Shown piece after piece: positions 17,338 through 27,284 of a stretch of 48,777 nucleotides of DNA (positions are counted from its first letter, which is position 1; each line of letters starts with the position of its first letter). A model generated the notes under the pieces. That model was not told where the DNA came from, made no database searches, and saw only the letters and a list, made by a program, of their open reading frames with translations. The stretch is taken from NCBI GenBank assembly GCA_016929235.1, contig JAFGJD010000007.1:1-48777 (forward strand), read 5' to 3'. The stretch comes from Candidatus Babeliales bacterium (GTDB lineage Bacteria; Babelota; Babeliae; Babelales; JABCYS01). The position numbers and the translations under genes were made by a program.

Positions 17338-18351
17338 TTAAGTAGATTCCGTAACGTATGATAGAAAATCGATTAAACGAACGGAATACGCCCACTCATT
17401 ATCATACCAGCCATAGACCTTGGCCAGAGGACCACATACCTGTGTCATCTGCCCATCAATCACCACTGAATGGCTATTGCAGGAGTAATCACTCGAAACT
17501 AGCGGCTCCATCGTAAGGGCAAGAATTCCCCTCATAGACCCTTCGCTGGCATCCTCAAATGCTTCATGAATTGCTTTAATCGAGAGAGGCCTCTCTGCTT
17601 CAAAAACAAAATCTGCCAACGATACTTTTGCAACAGGAACACGAAGAGCATGCCCCTGAATCTTACCCTCCAGCTCTGGTATCACTCGTCCCATTAACTT
17701 GGTTGCACCCGTTGAAGTTGGCACAATATTTAAAGCTGCCGCACGATTCCTTCTTGGATCGCCGATGTCAACATCTAACAAGGCTTGTGTATTAGTATAT
17801 GCATGAGTTGTTGCAATAAACCCGTATTTAATACCAAATGCTCTATTAAGTACATCTGACATTGGAACAAATGCATTCGTACTACAACTTCCTAAAGAAA
17901 CAATGGAATGCTTTGTTGCATCATACTGACTCATGTTCACGCCGGGAATAATGGTGATATCCTCATCTCGAGCAGGAGCAGTAATAAGAACTTTATTCGC
18001 ACCCGCCTGGATATGGCCCTGTGCTCCTTCACGCTTGGTAAAATGCCCTGTTGCCTCAACAACCCAATCAATATTCATTGCGCGCCAGGGCAACTTTTTC
18101 GGGTCACATTCTGCAATAATAGGAATAGCGTAATCATCAACAACAAGAACCCCTTTTTCAATCCGTGCGTCACCGGTGTATCTACCAAGTAATGTGTCAT
18201 ACTTGAATTCATGCGCAACAAATTCAGGATTTCCTGGACCAACATTAATAGCGCTCACTTCTATTTTTTTTCGCGCACGTTCATTTTGTAAAAAAGCACG
18301 CAAAAAATTTTTCCCAATTCTTCCAAATCCATTCAATGCTATACGAATCAT
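17338..18351 (-). CDS. gap: Glyceraldehyde-3-phosphate dehydrogenase, class I
   Basis: NGFGRIG, catalytic SCSTN, HAYT, RAAALNIVPTSTGA, LRVP, WYDNEW. Confidence 0.95.
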   Translation of the reverse strand: MIRIALNGFGRIGKNFLRAFLQNERARKKIEVSAINVGPGNPEFVAHEFKYDTLLGRYTGDARIEKGVLVVDDYAIPIIAECDPKKLPWRAMNIDWVVEATGHFTKREGAQGHIQAGANKVLITAPARDEDITIIPGVNMSQYDATKHSIVSLGSCSTNAFVPMSDVLNRAFGIKYGFIATTHAYTNTQALLDVDIGDPRRNRAAALNIVPTSTGATKLMGRVIPELEGKIQGHALRVPVAKVSLADFVFEAERPLSIKAIHEAFEDASEGSMRGILALTMEPLVSSDYSCNSHSVVIDGQMTQVCGPLAKVYGWYDNEWAYSVRLIDFLSYVTEST

Positions 18352-19220
18352 AGCAACTCCTTCTTAACCTCGTGAGCCATATCAACAGTCGGTAACGACT
18401 CATGCCATTGTAGAACTTTTTTATAGGATGCATAGCACGCATCCTGAGATAGGGCTGGTAATTCTAGAATGACAGGAATATGCGCTAGCTTTTCATGTAG
18501 TATAAAGCGTTTTAGTGCCTCATCACAAATATTTCCTTGTCCAATGTCAGCATGTTGATCAATCCGCTTTCCTAGCCCCTTCTTGGAATCATTGAGGTGC
18601 AGCACAGTGACAGAATCAAGACCAATTGCAGACTCAAGAAGTGTAATAAAATCATCTTGTGCTTGAAAATCTGAAAGATCATATCCGTACGCATATGCAT
18701 GTGCAGTATCAATACAAAAACAAATCTGATCAGGACGACGAACACGTCGCTTAACGTAAGCAAAATCATCAATCAAGCCACCAATTGAATAGCCGCCGTG
18801 TGCAACGTTTTCTAAAGTAATTTTCACTGGAATATCTTTTTGAGTAAGGCTATCAAGAGAAGAAACTAGTTCTTCCAAGCCACGTTGCTTATTGCGGCAC
18901 CATTTAGCAGATCCTGGGTGAATAATGACAGCATGAAACCCAAGTAATGCTGCAAGTTTAATTTCTTTGCGAAGCGTATGGAAATTACGATGATCAGGCC
19001 GACACAGATTGGTTCTGTATGATGCGTGCACACATAGCATACCCATTTGCGAAGAAAGACTCTTCATCAAATCTCTTTCCTCATCGGTAACAGATAGCAC
19101 CTTGCCTGACGCATGATCAGTTAAAAAACATTGGAGCATGGGCAACGAAAAGCGTAGCGCTTGATCTATAACCTCCTGCAGGGAATGTACCATCCTCAAA
19201 TGCAGGCCGAGTAAGCGCAT
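18348..19220 (-). CDS. nfo: Endonuclease IV (AP endonuclease)
   Basis: Metal ligands HASY, HPGS, LEN, CIDTAH, HLNDSK, DQH, ILE. Confidence 0.92.
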   Translation of the reverse strand: MRLLGLHLRMVHSLQEVIDQALRFSLPMLQCFLTDHASGKVLSVTDEERDLMKSLSSQMGMLCVHASYRTNLCRPDHRNFHTLRKEIKLAALLGFHAVIIHPGSAKWCRNKQRGLEELVSSLDSLTQKDIPVKITLENVAHGGYSIGGLIDDFAYVKRRVRRPDQICFCIDTAHAYAYGYDLSDFQAQDDFITLLESAIGLDSVTVLHLNDSKKGLGKRIDQHADIGQGNICDEALKRFILHEKLAHIPVILELPALSQDACYASYKKVLQWHESLPTVDMAHEVKKELL

Positions 19221-19227
19221 CTCTCAT

Positions 19228-20631
19228 TCATCCTCGTAACATATGATCTAATAATGCTTCATCAAAAAATGGTTTAAGTGCCACAGCAAACTCATCTTTT
19301 AAGCGCTTGAGATCTTCTTGAGAAGATGCCTCAAATCGCATTGATATCATTGGCTGTGTATTTGAGGCGCGCACTAAGCCCCATCCGTACGGCATTGCAG
19401 CACGAATCCCATCAATAGTAATGAGATTAACATCTTCGCGCGCAGTAAAAAATTTCTTAACCGTATCAACGACATTCTGCTTGGCTTGCTCATCACATGA
19501 AATTCTGATCTCTGGCGAATGAACAGTTTGTGGAAAGGTAGCCAACATGTCCTTCAAGGATTTATCACTTTCGAGTAAAAGTTCAAACAAGCGAAGCGCT
19601 GCGTAAACACCGTCGTCAAATCCAAAATACCTATCCTTAAAGCAGAAATGGCAACTAAGTTCACCACCAACTAATGCCTCCGTTTCTGCCATTGCGCGCT
19701 TGATCATTGCGTGACCACATGGCGAGAATCGTGGTTGCCCACCCCATCGTGTAATCAGATCAACTAACGCGGTTGATGCTTTGACATCAAATACAACTGA
19801 ACGTCCGGGATTGTTTTTTAAAATCGGTTTACTAAAGATCGCCAGAAGTTGATCACCCGGAATAAGCTCTCCGTCATGCGTCATAGCACCCATACGATCA
19901 CAGTCTCCGTCAAGACCAATGCCAACATCATATGTTCCGCTTTGTAATTTCTTCTTGAGGTCTTCCATGTTTTTTGCAACAGAAGGATCTGCTTCATGAT
20001 TTGGATATGAACCATCAACCTCTGGATACAATAACTCTACTTGTTTCCAACCAAATGCCTCGATTAAACGCGGGAGCACAATGCCACCAACAGCATTTCC
20101 ACAATCAACAATTGCACGCAACGGCATGTTATGTAAGTTTTTAAAATTGTCTGCAAGCCATTGTACATAGAGTGACACAACATCACATTCTGTATAGGTG
20201 CCCTGACGTGATGCGTTGAGTTGTTTGCCTGCAAAAAACAGGTCGCGTAGTTCTGCAACTTGTTTACCAAATACCGATACTTTCCCGATACACATCTTGA
20301 TTCCGTTGTACTCTGCAGGATTGTGTGAGGCAGTAATCATAACACCAGCATCAACTGGCAAGGTATGAAGAGAGAAATACATGACCGGGGTTGGACACAT
20401 ACCAATAAAGAGCACATCGATACCACTATCTTGTAAACCACGTACCAATTCATCTTTGATAGCAGGAGAATGGGTCCGACCATCCATACCTACAGCAACA
20501 AGTTGTAATTGTGGTTCTTTACGCCTCATATAATAAGCAAGTGATCGTGCAAAGGAATAAACGTTTTCAACGTTCAACTCTGATCCTACAATTCCACGGA
20601 TATCATATTCTCTAAAAATATGTTTTTGCAT
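19228..20631 (-). CDS. Phosphomannomutase/phosphoglucomutase
   Basis: FREYDIRG, TASHNP, DGDCDR, GELSCH, VRASNTQP. Confidence 0.95.
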   Translation of the reverse strand: MQKHIFREYDIRGIVGSELNVENVYSFARSLAYYMRRKEPQLQLVAVGMDGRTHSPAIKDELVRGLQDSGIDVLFIGMCPTPVMYFSLHTLPVDAGVMITASHNPAEYNGIKMCIGKVSVFGKQVAELRDLFFAGKQLNASRQGTYTECDVVSLYVQWLADNFKNLHNMPLRAIVDCGNAVGGIVLPRLIEAFGWKQVELLYPEVDGSYPNHEADPSVAKNMEDLKKKLQSGTYDVGIGLDGDCDRMGAMTHDGELIPGDQLLAIFSKPILKNNPGRSVVFDVKASTALVDLITRWGGQPRFSPCGHAMIKRAMAETEALVGGELSCHFCFKDRYFGFDDGVYAALRLFELLLESDKSLKDMLATFPQTVHSPEIRISCDEQAKQNVVDTVKKFFTAREDVNLITIDGIRAAMPYGWGLVRASNTQPMISMRFEASSQEDLKRLKDEFAVALKPFFDEALLDHMLRG

Positions 20632-20737
20632 GATACTCCTTATTGTGCATTTCCTGGCATAACGGCACCATAGCTTAGCAGATTGAGCATAGTTCGCTAT
20701 ACTTACTGCTCACTTTTTAGCGGACGGAGAATAGATC

Positions 20738-23449
20738 ATGATCCCCCACCAATTACAGGTAAAAAATTTCCTGAGTTATGGTCCTGAATTACAAACTATT
20801 GTCTTCGGAGATCATCGTCTTATTTGTCTTTCCGGAAAAAACGGTCATGGTAAATCGGCATTACTGGATGCATTGACTTGGGCTATCTGGGGTCAAGCAC
20901 GTAAAATTGGCAGTGCATCAAAAGCAGATGAAGGATTACTGCGACTTGGCCATACGCATATGATGGTAATTTTTGATTTTAGTTTTCATACAACGATGTA
21001 CAGAATCCGACGGGAATTTCGTATAGCGCGAAGCAAGGGATACACCAATCTTGAATTCGGAATCATTGACCAAGAAATGGACCAGGTGATCCCTCTGACA
21101 GAGAAAACAACACGTGAAACACAGATAAAAATCGAAAACATAATCGGTCTTAATTTTGAGTCATTTGTAAACTCAGCATTTTTGCGCCAGGGACAAGCAA
21201 ACGAATTTTCTAAAAAATCTCCAAAGGAAAGAAAAGATATTCTAGCATCCATTTTGGGGCTCGAAAAATTTGACCTGTTAAAAAAGGCAGCGCTTGAAAA
21301 AATTAAACATGCATATAATGAGCAAAAATCGCTCACCAAAGTGATTGAACGCATTCAAAATGAACTTAATCAAACGGGAGCGCTTACAGACCAACATACG
21401 AGAAACAAAGCAATGCTTGAAACCGTTGAACGCCAAGCAACCACACTAACCAAGGAACATGAGCAACTCTCTGCACAGCTTGAAAAGATCAACAAGCAGC
21501 TTCACGAACTATCACTACAGATCTACCGTGACGAACAATTACAAAAAGAAGAGCTTCAGTATTGGGAACAACTTCAAACACTCAAAACAACGTGGCATCA
21601 AACACGCGCAACAACACCAGTTACCTCATCTCTTGATCAATTAATGATTGATAAAAAACAGGTTCATGATCTCCTGACACAACAACACTCACGCCAAGAG
21701 CATGCCGCTCAACTTCATAAGCAACATGCCACAATCGTGTCACAAGAACATGCTCTGGCAACGCATCTCTACGCCGAACATGCAAATGCTCGCACGCATG
21801 CATCGCGTGAAATCGAACGACGTGCCACATTACTCGAAGCATTGAAGCAAAATCTCGCCGAACTACAACAACGTGTCACCAAACTAACCAACGATAAAAC
21901 CTCACTTCACACACAACGGGAGCAAGTAACCAAAGAACAACAATCACTTCCCTCGTTAGAAACAATGCACACGCAAGAGCGGGAATATCGCAATAGCCAA
22001 GAACAATACAATAAACAGAAAATGCAACTCGAAGCGTTAAAACAGGAACATACCATGCTGTTACAAAAAACTGGCATGGCACTTGATAGCAACAACCCAA
22101 GCTGTCCTGTCTGTGAGCAAGCGGTATCTGCAGCACGCAAACGGTTCCTGCAAACACGTTATAACAAAGAACAACACGAGCTCGAACACAACATTAACAC
22201 TGCAATCGCTACAACAAAACACCTAGAAGAGATCGTCTTAAACAACGAAGCCACCCTAAAGGACACTACAACCGTACGTGAACGGCATGCGGCATTCGCA
22301 TCACGTCAGACAGAATTGATAAAGCAAGTCACTCAGATAGATGAAGAATTGACAGAACTTACACATCGCAAACAAGAACTTACAGATTCGATACGAACAC
22401 ACACATCACACCTTGAAGCCGCTCATAAAAAGCTCACCATGCTCGACCAAGACATGCCACTAGAACGATCAGATGAATATAAGAAACTACTGATACAAAA
22501 AAAGGAATTAGAACAAAATATTACTGAGAATGCTATAGACCAAGAACAGCTCAAACGACTTACTCATGAACTTCAGACGATTGAGAAACAAATCAGTGAG
22601 CATCTCACACAGGCCCAACGTGTTGCCCAACATGAACAATGCAAAACAAGAATGTCAGAATCGATTGCTTGCTTAAGAAAAATCAAAATTGAAAGAGCAG
22701 AGCTTGCACACTACCGTACTATACAACAGGAGCTTACTAAGCAACAGACAGAACTATGTAATCACAGCGAACAACTCCAACAAGAGCTTCGACTATTACA
22801 AGGCCGCACTACACAACTACTCCAAGAACGTGCAACGCTTGAACACCAACAACACGCACGAGATTCACTCAAAAAAGATCTTAACACATATACTGCGACT
22901 ATTAAGCAGCATGACGAAACTATCGATACGTATCAGATTTTAGCTACAGCGTTTGGAAAAGATGGAATACAAGCATTACTCATTGAAGAAGCTCTCCCTG
23001 AAATAGAACACGAAGCAAATGCATTATTGGCAAAGCTAACTGAAAATCAATCACAAATCATTATTGAATCGGTACGTGATCTTAAAAAAGGCGGCATGAA
23101 AGAAACACTCGATATCATGATCTCGGATCCTGTTGGTATTCGATCATATGAGCTGTTCTCAGGTGGTGAAGCATTTCGCATTGATTTTGCACTCCGTATA
23201 GCAATCTCAAAACTACTTGCACGTCGCGCAGGAACGTCACTCCAGACACTAATCATCGATGAAGGATTTGGATCACAGGATGAAGAAGGGCTCTCACATA
23301 TCATGGATGCACTTTATAAAATTCAGGATGATTTTGAAAAGATCATCATTGTATCGCACTTACCATCTATGAAGAATCAATTCCCGGTCCACTTCACCAT
23401 CGAAAAGGGAAGTCGTGGAAGCACGGTCAGTGTTTCTTACAATGGCTAG
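20738..23449 (+). CDS. sbcC: SbcC/Rad50-type SMC ATPase
   Basis: Walker A GKNGHGKS, Q-loop LRQG, central CPVC zinc hook, FSGGE signature, IIDEGFG, VSH. Confidence 0.93.
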   Translation: MIPHQLQVKNFLSYGPELQTIVFGDHRLICLSGKNGHGKSALLDALTWAIWGQARKIGSASKADEGLLRLGHTHMMVIFDFSFHTTMYRIRREFRIARSKGYTNLEFGIIDQEMDQVIPLTEKTTRETQIKIENIIGLNFESFVNSAFLRQGQANEFSKKSPKERKDILASILGLEKFDLLKKAALEKIKHAYNEQKSLTKVIERIQNELNQTGALTDQHTRNKAMLETVERQATTLTKEHEQLSAQLEKINKQLHELSLQIYRDEQLQKEELQYWEQLQTLKTTWHQTRATTPVTSSLDQLMIDKKQVHDLLTQQHSRQEHAAQLHKQHATIVSQEHALATHLYAEHANARTHASREIERRATLLEALKQNLAELQQRVTKLTNDKTSLHTQREQVTKEQQSLPSLETMHTQEREYRNSQEQYNKQKMQLEALKQEHTMLLQKTGMALDSNNPSCPVCEQAVSAARKRFLQTRYNKEQHELEHNINTAIATTKHLEEIVLNNEATLKDTTTVRERHAAFASRQTELIKQVTQIDEELTELTHRKQELTDSIRTHTSHLEAAHKKLTMLDQDMPLERSDEYKKLLIQKKELEQNITENAIDQEQLKRLTHELQTIEKQISEHLTQAQRVAQHEQCKTRMSESIACLRKIKIERAELAHYRTIQQELTKQQTELCNHSEQLQQELRLLQGRTTQLLQERATLEHQQHARDSLKKDLNTYTATIKQHDETIDTYQILATAFGKDGIQALLIEEALPEIEHEANALLAKLTENQSQIIIESVRDLKKGGMKETLDIMISDPVGIRSYELFSGGEAFRIDFALRIAISKLLARRAGTSLQTLIIDEGFGSQDEEGLSHIMDALYKIQDDFEKIIIVSHLPSMKNQFPVHFTIEKGSRGSTVSVSYNG

Positions 23450-23890
23450 TCACGCATTAATCGACATAACTCCTGAAACACAACACCTGGCTCGTCGTGC
23501 AGTAGGCTGCTCATCGTCATCGCTCCATGCCTCGTCATCATCAGGACCGCAGAAGACAAAACAGCACGGACTCATTGTTTGTGCGGCCTCCATGACTCGG
23601 TCACGAGCTTCTTTTTTTCGTTGTTGTTGATCTAGCCGATTTTCATAAGCCATTTGAATACGATGAGCTTCGAGATGTGCGTCTGCGGGGAACTGCTCTT
23701 TATTCACTATCGCTAATACTTGACCCAGATGGCTCACTACAACAAGCCACTTTTCAGGATCAACTTGTAAAAGCATCGCGCGCTCCCTCTCTGAGAGCCT
23801 ATCCTCTCGCACTCTATACTGAACCATGGCCCAATTAGTATGAAACATACCCATACATAACAACATGATGCATTCATGGACCATATTCAT
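23450..23890 (-). CDS. Hypothetical secreted protein with Cys/acidic C-terminus
   Basis: AAGGAG SD; signal-like N-terminus; PCCFVFCG-DDDE..RCC tail. Confidence 0.65.
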   Translation of the reverse strand: MNMVHECIMLLCMGMFHTNWAMVQYRVREDRLSERERAMLLQVDPEKWLVVVSHLGQVLAIVNKEQFPADAHLEAHRIQMAYENRLDQQQRKKEARDRVMEAAQTMSPCCFVFCGPDDDEAWSDDDEQPTARRARCCVSGVMSINA

Positions 23891-24344
23891 AACACTCCTT
23901 CAGCATGATAGTGGTTGGTAATTTATGTAAGTAGGTAACACGATTTTTTCAGCAGCGAAAAGTGCTTTTTAAAATTGATTCATTTGATTAGAAGGGGTAT
24001 ATGAAAGAGAGTACAAATCTTAAGTAGACATGAGCGTTATGCAACAAAAAGGATGTTTTCTCTTGAGACCAACACAGCAAACAGACTCTTTTTACAAGCG
24101 TACGTGTACACAACATGACAGGCGCCACCCGTCCAATATTCTTAAGCATGGAGCCGTTGCCGCGCTCTCGTCGATGGTGTAATACGAGTCCAAATAAGCG
24201 CTCTTTATTGATGAGCAGTCGTGATCTGTTATTACTTCATCACAAACGTAGTGGGTTTGTTTTCTGATAATGATGTAAACACAAAAAAGAGGAACACCCA
24301 TAATGAATGTTCCTCCAATATATTTATGAAAATTAAGCGTGCGA

Positions 24345-24887
24345 TTATTCGGCCGCTTCAAGCTCCCACGGTAGTAACAACGCATCTTCTGCATCGATAC
24401 CGTATTCTGCAGCTTCTTCTTCGTATTTAGCAGCACGCACTAAAGCATAGTGATTCCACAAACCAATAATTCCTGCAAACATAACAGCCACGCTTGCTCC
24501 AGCTATAGTTGCAGACTTTCTTGTCCATGGAGTATATGAAATGTCATCACCAATGATCAAAGTGTACTCTTCAGAAGACGGACCATCCTTTAAGGTATAA
24601 ACACCCGAACTCTCCTGAACCTCTACATCAGCATTTTGCATTTGCCATGCAAATCCATCGGTTAGTCGATTTTTAAAGTAGATACCTTGTTCTGCATGAC
24701 CTTCTTCGCTTACTTTTCTGATGGCGCGTTGAGACGCAACAACCATAGCTCCAGGAATTGAGTTCAGAGCTCTTACCCCCAATTCTCTAGCGGTAACCCC
24801 TAAAGCTCGCGCATGGTCAGCAAAACCTGCCTGTGCTGAAGCTGCAAACAATAAGCCTGGAATAATGTATTTAATGTTCTTCTTCAT
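24345..24887 (-). CDS. Hypothetical protein: signal peptide, C-terminal TM, acidic tail
   Basis: MKKNIKYIIPGLLFAASAQA; TM ATIAGASVAVMFAGIIGLW. Confidence 0.75.
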   Translation of the reverse strand: MKKNIKYIIPGLLFAASAQAGFADHARALGVTARELGVRALNSIPGAMVVASQRAIRKVSEEGHAEQGIYFKNRLTDGFAWQMQNADVEVQESSGVYTLKDGPSSEEYTLIIGDDISYTPWTRKSATIAGASVAVMFAGIIGLWNHYALVRAAKYEEEAAEYGIDAEDALLLPWELEAAE

Positions 24888-24931
24888 ACGAGAGATTCCT
24901 TCCAAAGGAAAAAATAAAAATATGCCTTACC

Positions 24932-25543
24932 TTATACTGCTTCTTCGTACTCTAAATATTGCACGTCTTCTTCACATCCTACTTCACCGCAGCCACTGAG
25001 ACTCTTGAATGGTATCTGGCGATTCATTCCACGATAAATCGCATATCCTCCTACTAAAAGGACAACTACTGTAGCTTTACCTTTATTCATCTCTAATACA
25101 GTTTTATCATCTTCAGGATTTAGAGCAGGATAATCACTGCCCCCACTCAAAAAAAATTTTCGCCGTGCACGTGGCGACGCCACAGGCTTCCATGGACTTG
25201 TTGCCATAGCCATATATCTGGTGTTTTCTGAAATCCCTTTGGGTTCATCATACTTTTCAACGCTATCGGTAGCTATTGCTGCACCATGCGCTACTGGGGT
25301 ACCTTGACCTACAAACGACTGAGCTTGAAGATCTCTCTCCATTGCAGCTCTTGCAGCTGCTTGTGCATGAGTCATAGCTACTCTATCCGCAGCCTGCCTC
25401 TCTTGAAATTCACGCTCCGTTTTTTTAGCTCGCTCTCGCGAGATAGCAATCCTTTGGGCACGAGTTAGCCTCTGCCTTCCTGCGATAATGTTGCCAGAAA
25501 ACAAAAACCCGAGCACCAATAATGTAGATAGTATCTTATTCAT
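24932..25543 (-). CDS. Hypothetical protein: signal peptide, C-terminal TM, acidic tail
   Basis: MNKILSTLLVLGFLFSGNIIA; TM ATVVVLLVGGYAIY. Confidence 0.75.
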   Translation of the reverse strand: MNKILSTLLVLGFLFSGNIIAGRQRLTRAQRIAISRERAKKTEREFQERQAADRVAMTHAQAAARAAMERDLQAQSFVGQGTPVAHGAAIATDSVEKYDEPKGISENTRYMAMATSPWKPVASPRARRKFFLSGGSDYPALNPEDDKTVLEMNKGKATVVVLLVGGYAIYRGMNRQIPFKSLSGCGEVGCEEDVQYLEYEEAV

Positions 25544-25648
25544 CTTTTCATAACCCCATTACCTAATAATCAAAATTATACCCTCACAAAGGTACTTTTT
25601 TCTCATAATAACGCAAATGCCCGCCTATACCATACCATCATTTTGTAG

Positions 25649-26035
25649 TTACTCTTCTAGCAAGTGCTCATCCTGTTGATACTGCAAATATGGCCGAATT
25701 TTTCTTTTGTATCCTTCGTAGGCAATCCATACAGCAACCCCCGCCACTGCGATAAGTGCTGGCGCCATACGCCGCGGCTTGATTTTACCCGTGCCAGTGC
25801 TTCTCTTAGCCTGCCGAGGAAGTGTTCCACGCGCAGCAGCTTCTACGCGAGCTTTTTTCTCTTTTTTTAGAGCCTTCTTTTCGGCGTCAACCCTTGCTAA
25901 ATTTCGCTGTTGGCGTAGTGATAGCGATTCAGCAGTATCGTCAGCCGTTGAAGTACCCTGATCCATGCTATACAACGGCATAACCGAGCAAAACATTACC
26001 AAAGCATACAAATAATAAAAAGTAGATTTAACCAT
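25649..26035 (-). CDS. Hypothetical protein: signal peptide, basic segment, C-terminal TM
   Basis: Hydrophobic N-terminus then SMDQ; TM MAPALIAVAGVAVWIAY flanked by RR/KRK. Confidence 0.72.
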   Translation of the reverse strand: MVKSTFYYLYALVMFCSVMPLYSMDQGTSTADDTAESLSLRQQRNLARVDAEKKALKKEKKARVEAAARGTLPRQAKRSTGTGKIKPRRMAPALIAVAGVAVWIAYEGYKRKIRPYLQYQQDEHLLEE

Positions 26036-26056
26036 ACCCCTAGCCCTCGTTTAAGA

Positions 26057-26671
26057 TTATGATACTCGAGGAGGATTCACACCCGCCCTCAAATGCTTCT
26101 GTGCTCGATACCAACGTCGACCGACTTCCTCAAGCACACCACCGACCACAAGTGTCAACGCACCCAATCTCATTGTGCACTTCTTACTGAATCTTAAGCA
26201 CCCAACACGAGCAATCGCATCTTCATCTCCTCTTCTAGAACCGAGCCGACTGGACGCATCGTGTTCTTGATCCTGTTGCTCGATAACAGCACCTTTTTGC
26301 TCTGCATGCTGATCCCTCACCATCGCCACCCACGCAGGTGCAACATATCCACGGTTTACATCGTCGGATTCATATGCTGTCCAATATCGAATATTTACAG
26401 GGTATCCGAGCATGTCGTTTCGCGTACCGGCAGAAGCCTCATGGCCTTCACCATCCAAAGACAAACATGAAAAGCGTTCTATTAAATCGCTATCACATTC
26501 TTCGTTATGATCCAAAGCGCTAGGACAGTCTCTGTCTTCTTCTGAATCGCTATCTACGCCTAACAACCCCACAGGCCCTTTATACCCTTCATCCTTCCAA
26601 GGATGCGCAGTCAACGACGACACACATAAACTTATCAAGATTACTGATAAAAATTTGTTGCAAGATTCCAT
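26057..26671 (-). CDS. Hypothetical protein: signal peptide, acidic region, C-terminal hydrophobic segment
   Basis: KFLSVILISLCVSSLTA; LGALTLVVGGVL followed by RRWYR. Confidence 0.7.
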   Translation of the reverse strand: MESCNKFLSVILISLCVSSLTAHPWKDEGYKGPVGLLGVDSDSEEDRDCPSALDHNEECDSDLIERFSCLSLDGEGHEASAGTRNDMLGYPVNIRYWTAYESDDVNRGYVAPAWVAMVRDQHAEQKGAVIEQQDQEHDASSRLGSRRGDEDAIARVGCLRFSKKCTMRLGALTLVVGGVLEEVGRRWYRAQKHLRAGVNPPRVS

Positions 26672-26713
26672 GATGTATATAAATTCCCGCTCATTCCATT
26701 ACAAAATATATAG

Positions 26714-27259
26714 TTATATCTCTCGTGTATCGACATCAAAGACGTCGTCGTCTTCTTCGCTCACTGCACACGACCGAAGCAACGCAGCCTTAACAAACTG
26801 ACGAACTATAACCAAAATGACAACCGTTCCAACGCCACCAGTTGCGGCGATTTTGAGATTGCGCTTCAGTATTGCGAGCTCATCTTTGGTACTTCCAAGC
26901 TCATCAACAACCCTTTGGAGCTGTTCAACAATTGTTCCCCCTTTAGGTTGCGTTACTTTGCCCCTGGTTCCAAAGACAGCCTGACCAAGATCAGCTATCC
27001 CCTCATGAGCTTCTTTGGCAACGCGCTCCACCTGTTCAAACCGCGGCACAACACCTTGTAAGTTTTTTCCTAGATCCTTCTCGGCCTCAGCACGAAAATG
27101 CTGCAAAGCCATAACTTTCGCGCGTTCGCTGGGCATTATTACTTGAGGAGCATCACCATTATGGACCCCAGCGGCTTGAGGTCGATCTTCTTGGGCACAC
27201 AAATACACCATGCTCGAAACACCTATGAGCAACATCACCAGCTTGTTCATCCGTAACAT
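26714..27259 (-). CDS. Hypothetical protein: signal peptide, coiled coil, C-terminal TM, acidic tail
   Basis: Start moved to MLRMNKLVMLLIG; TM IAATGGVGTVVILVIV; EEDDD tail. Confidence 0.72.
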   Translation of the reverse strand: MLRMNKLVMLLIGVSSMVYLCAQEDRPQAAGVHNGDAPQVIMPSERAKVMALQHFRAEAEKDLGKNLQGVVPRFEQVERVAKEAHEGIADLGQAVFGTRGKVTQPKGGTIVEQLQRVVDELGSTKDELAILKRNLKIAATGGVGTVVILVIVRQFVKAALLRSCAVSEEDDDVFDVDTREI

Positions 27260-27284
27260 GAGTTCCACTTTCTTTACTAAATGG

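Noticed and set aside
23990..24181. Tiny plus-strand ORFs (MKESTNLK after AAGGGG; a ~50-aa ORF)
   Set aside because: Too short, no recognisable features
24092..24436. 114-aa minus-strand ORF with a TM-like segment (IGGTFIMGVPLFCVYIII) and a CC near its end
   Set aside because: Overlaps 24345..24887, with no signal peptide or clear SD. It could be a decayed eighth array member but cannot be supported.
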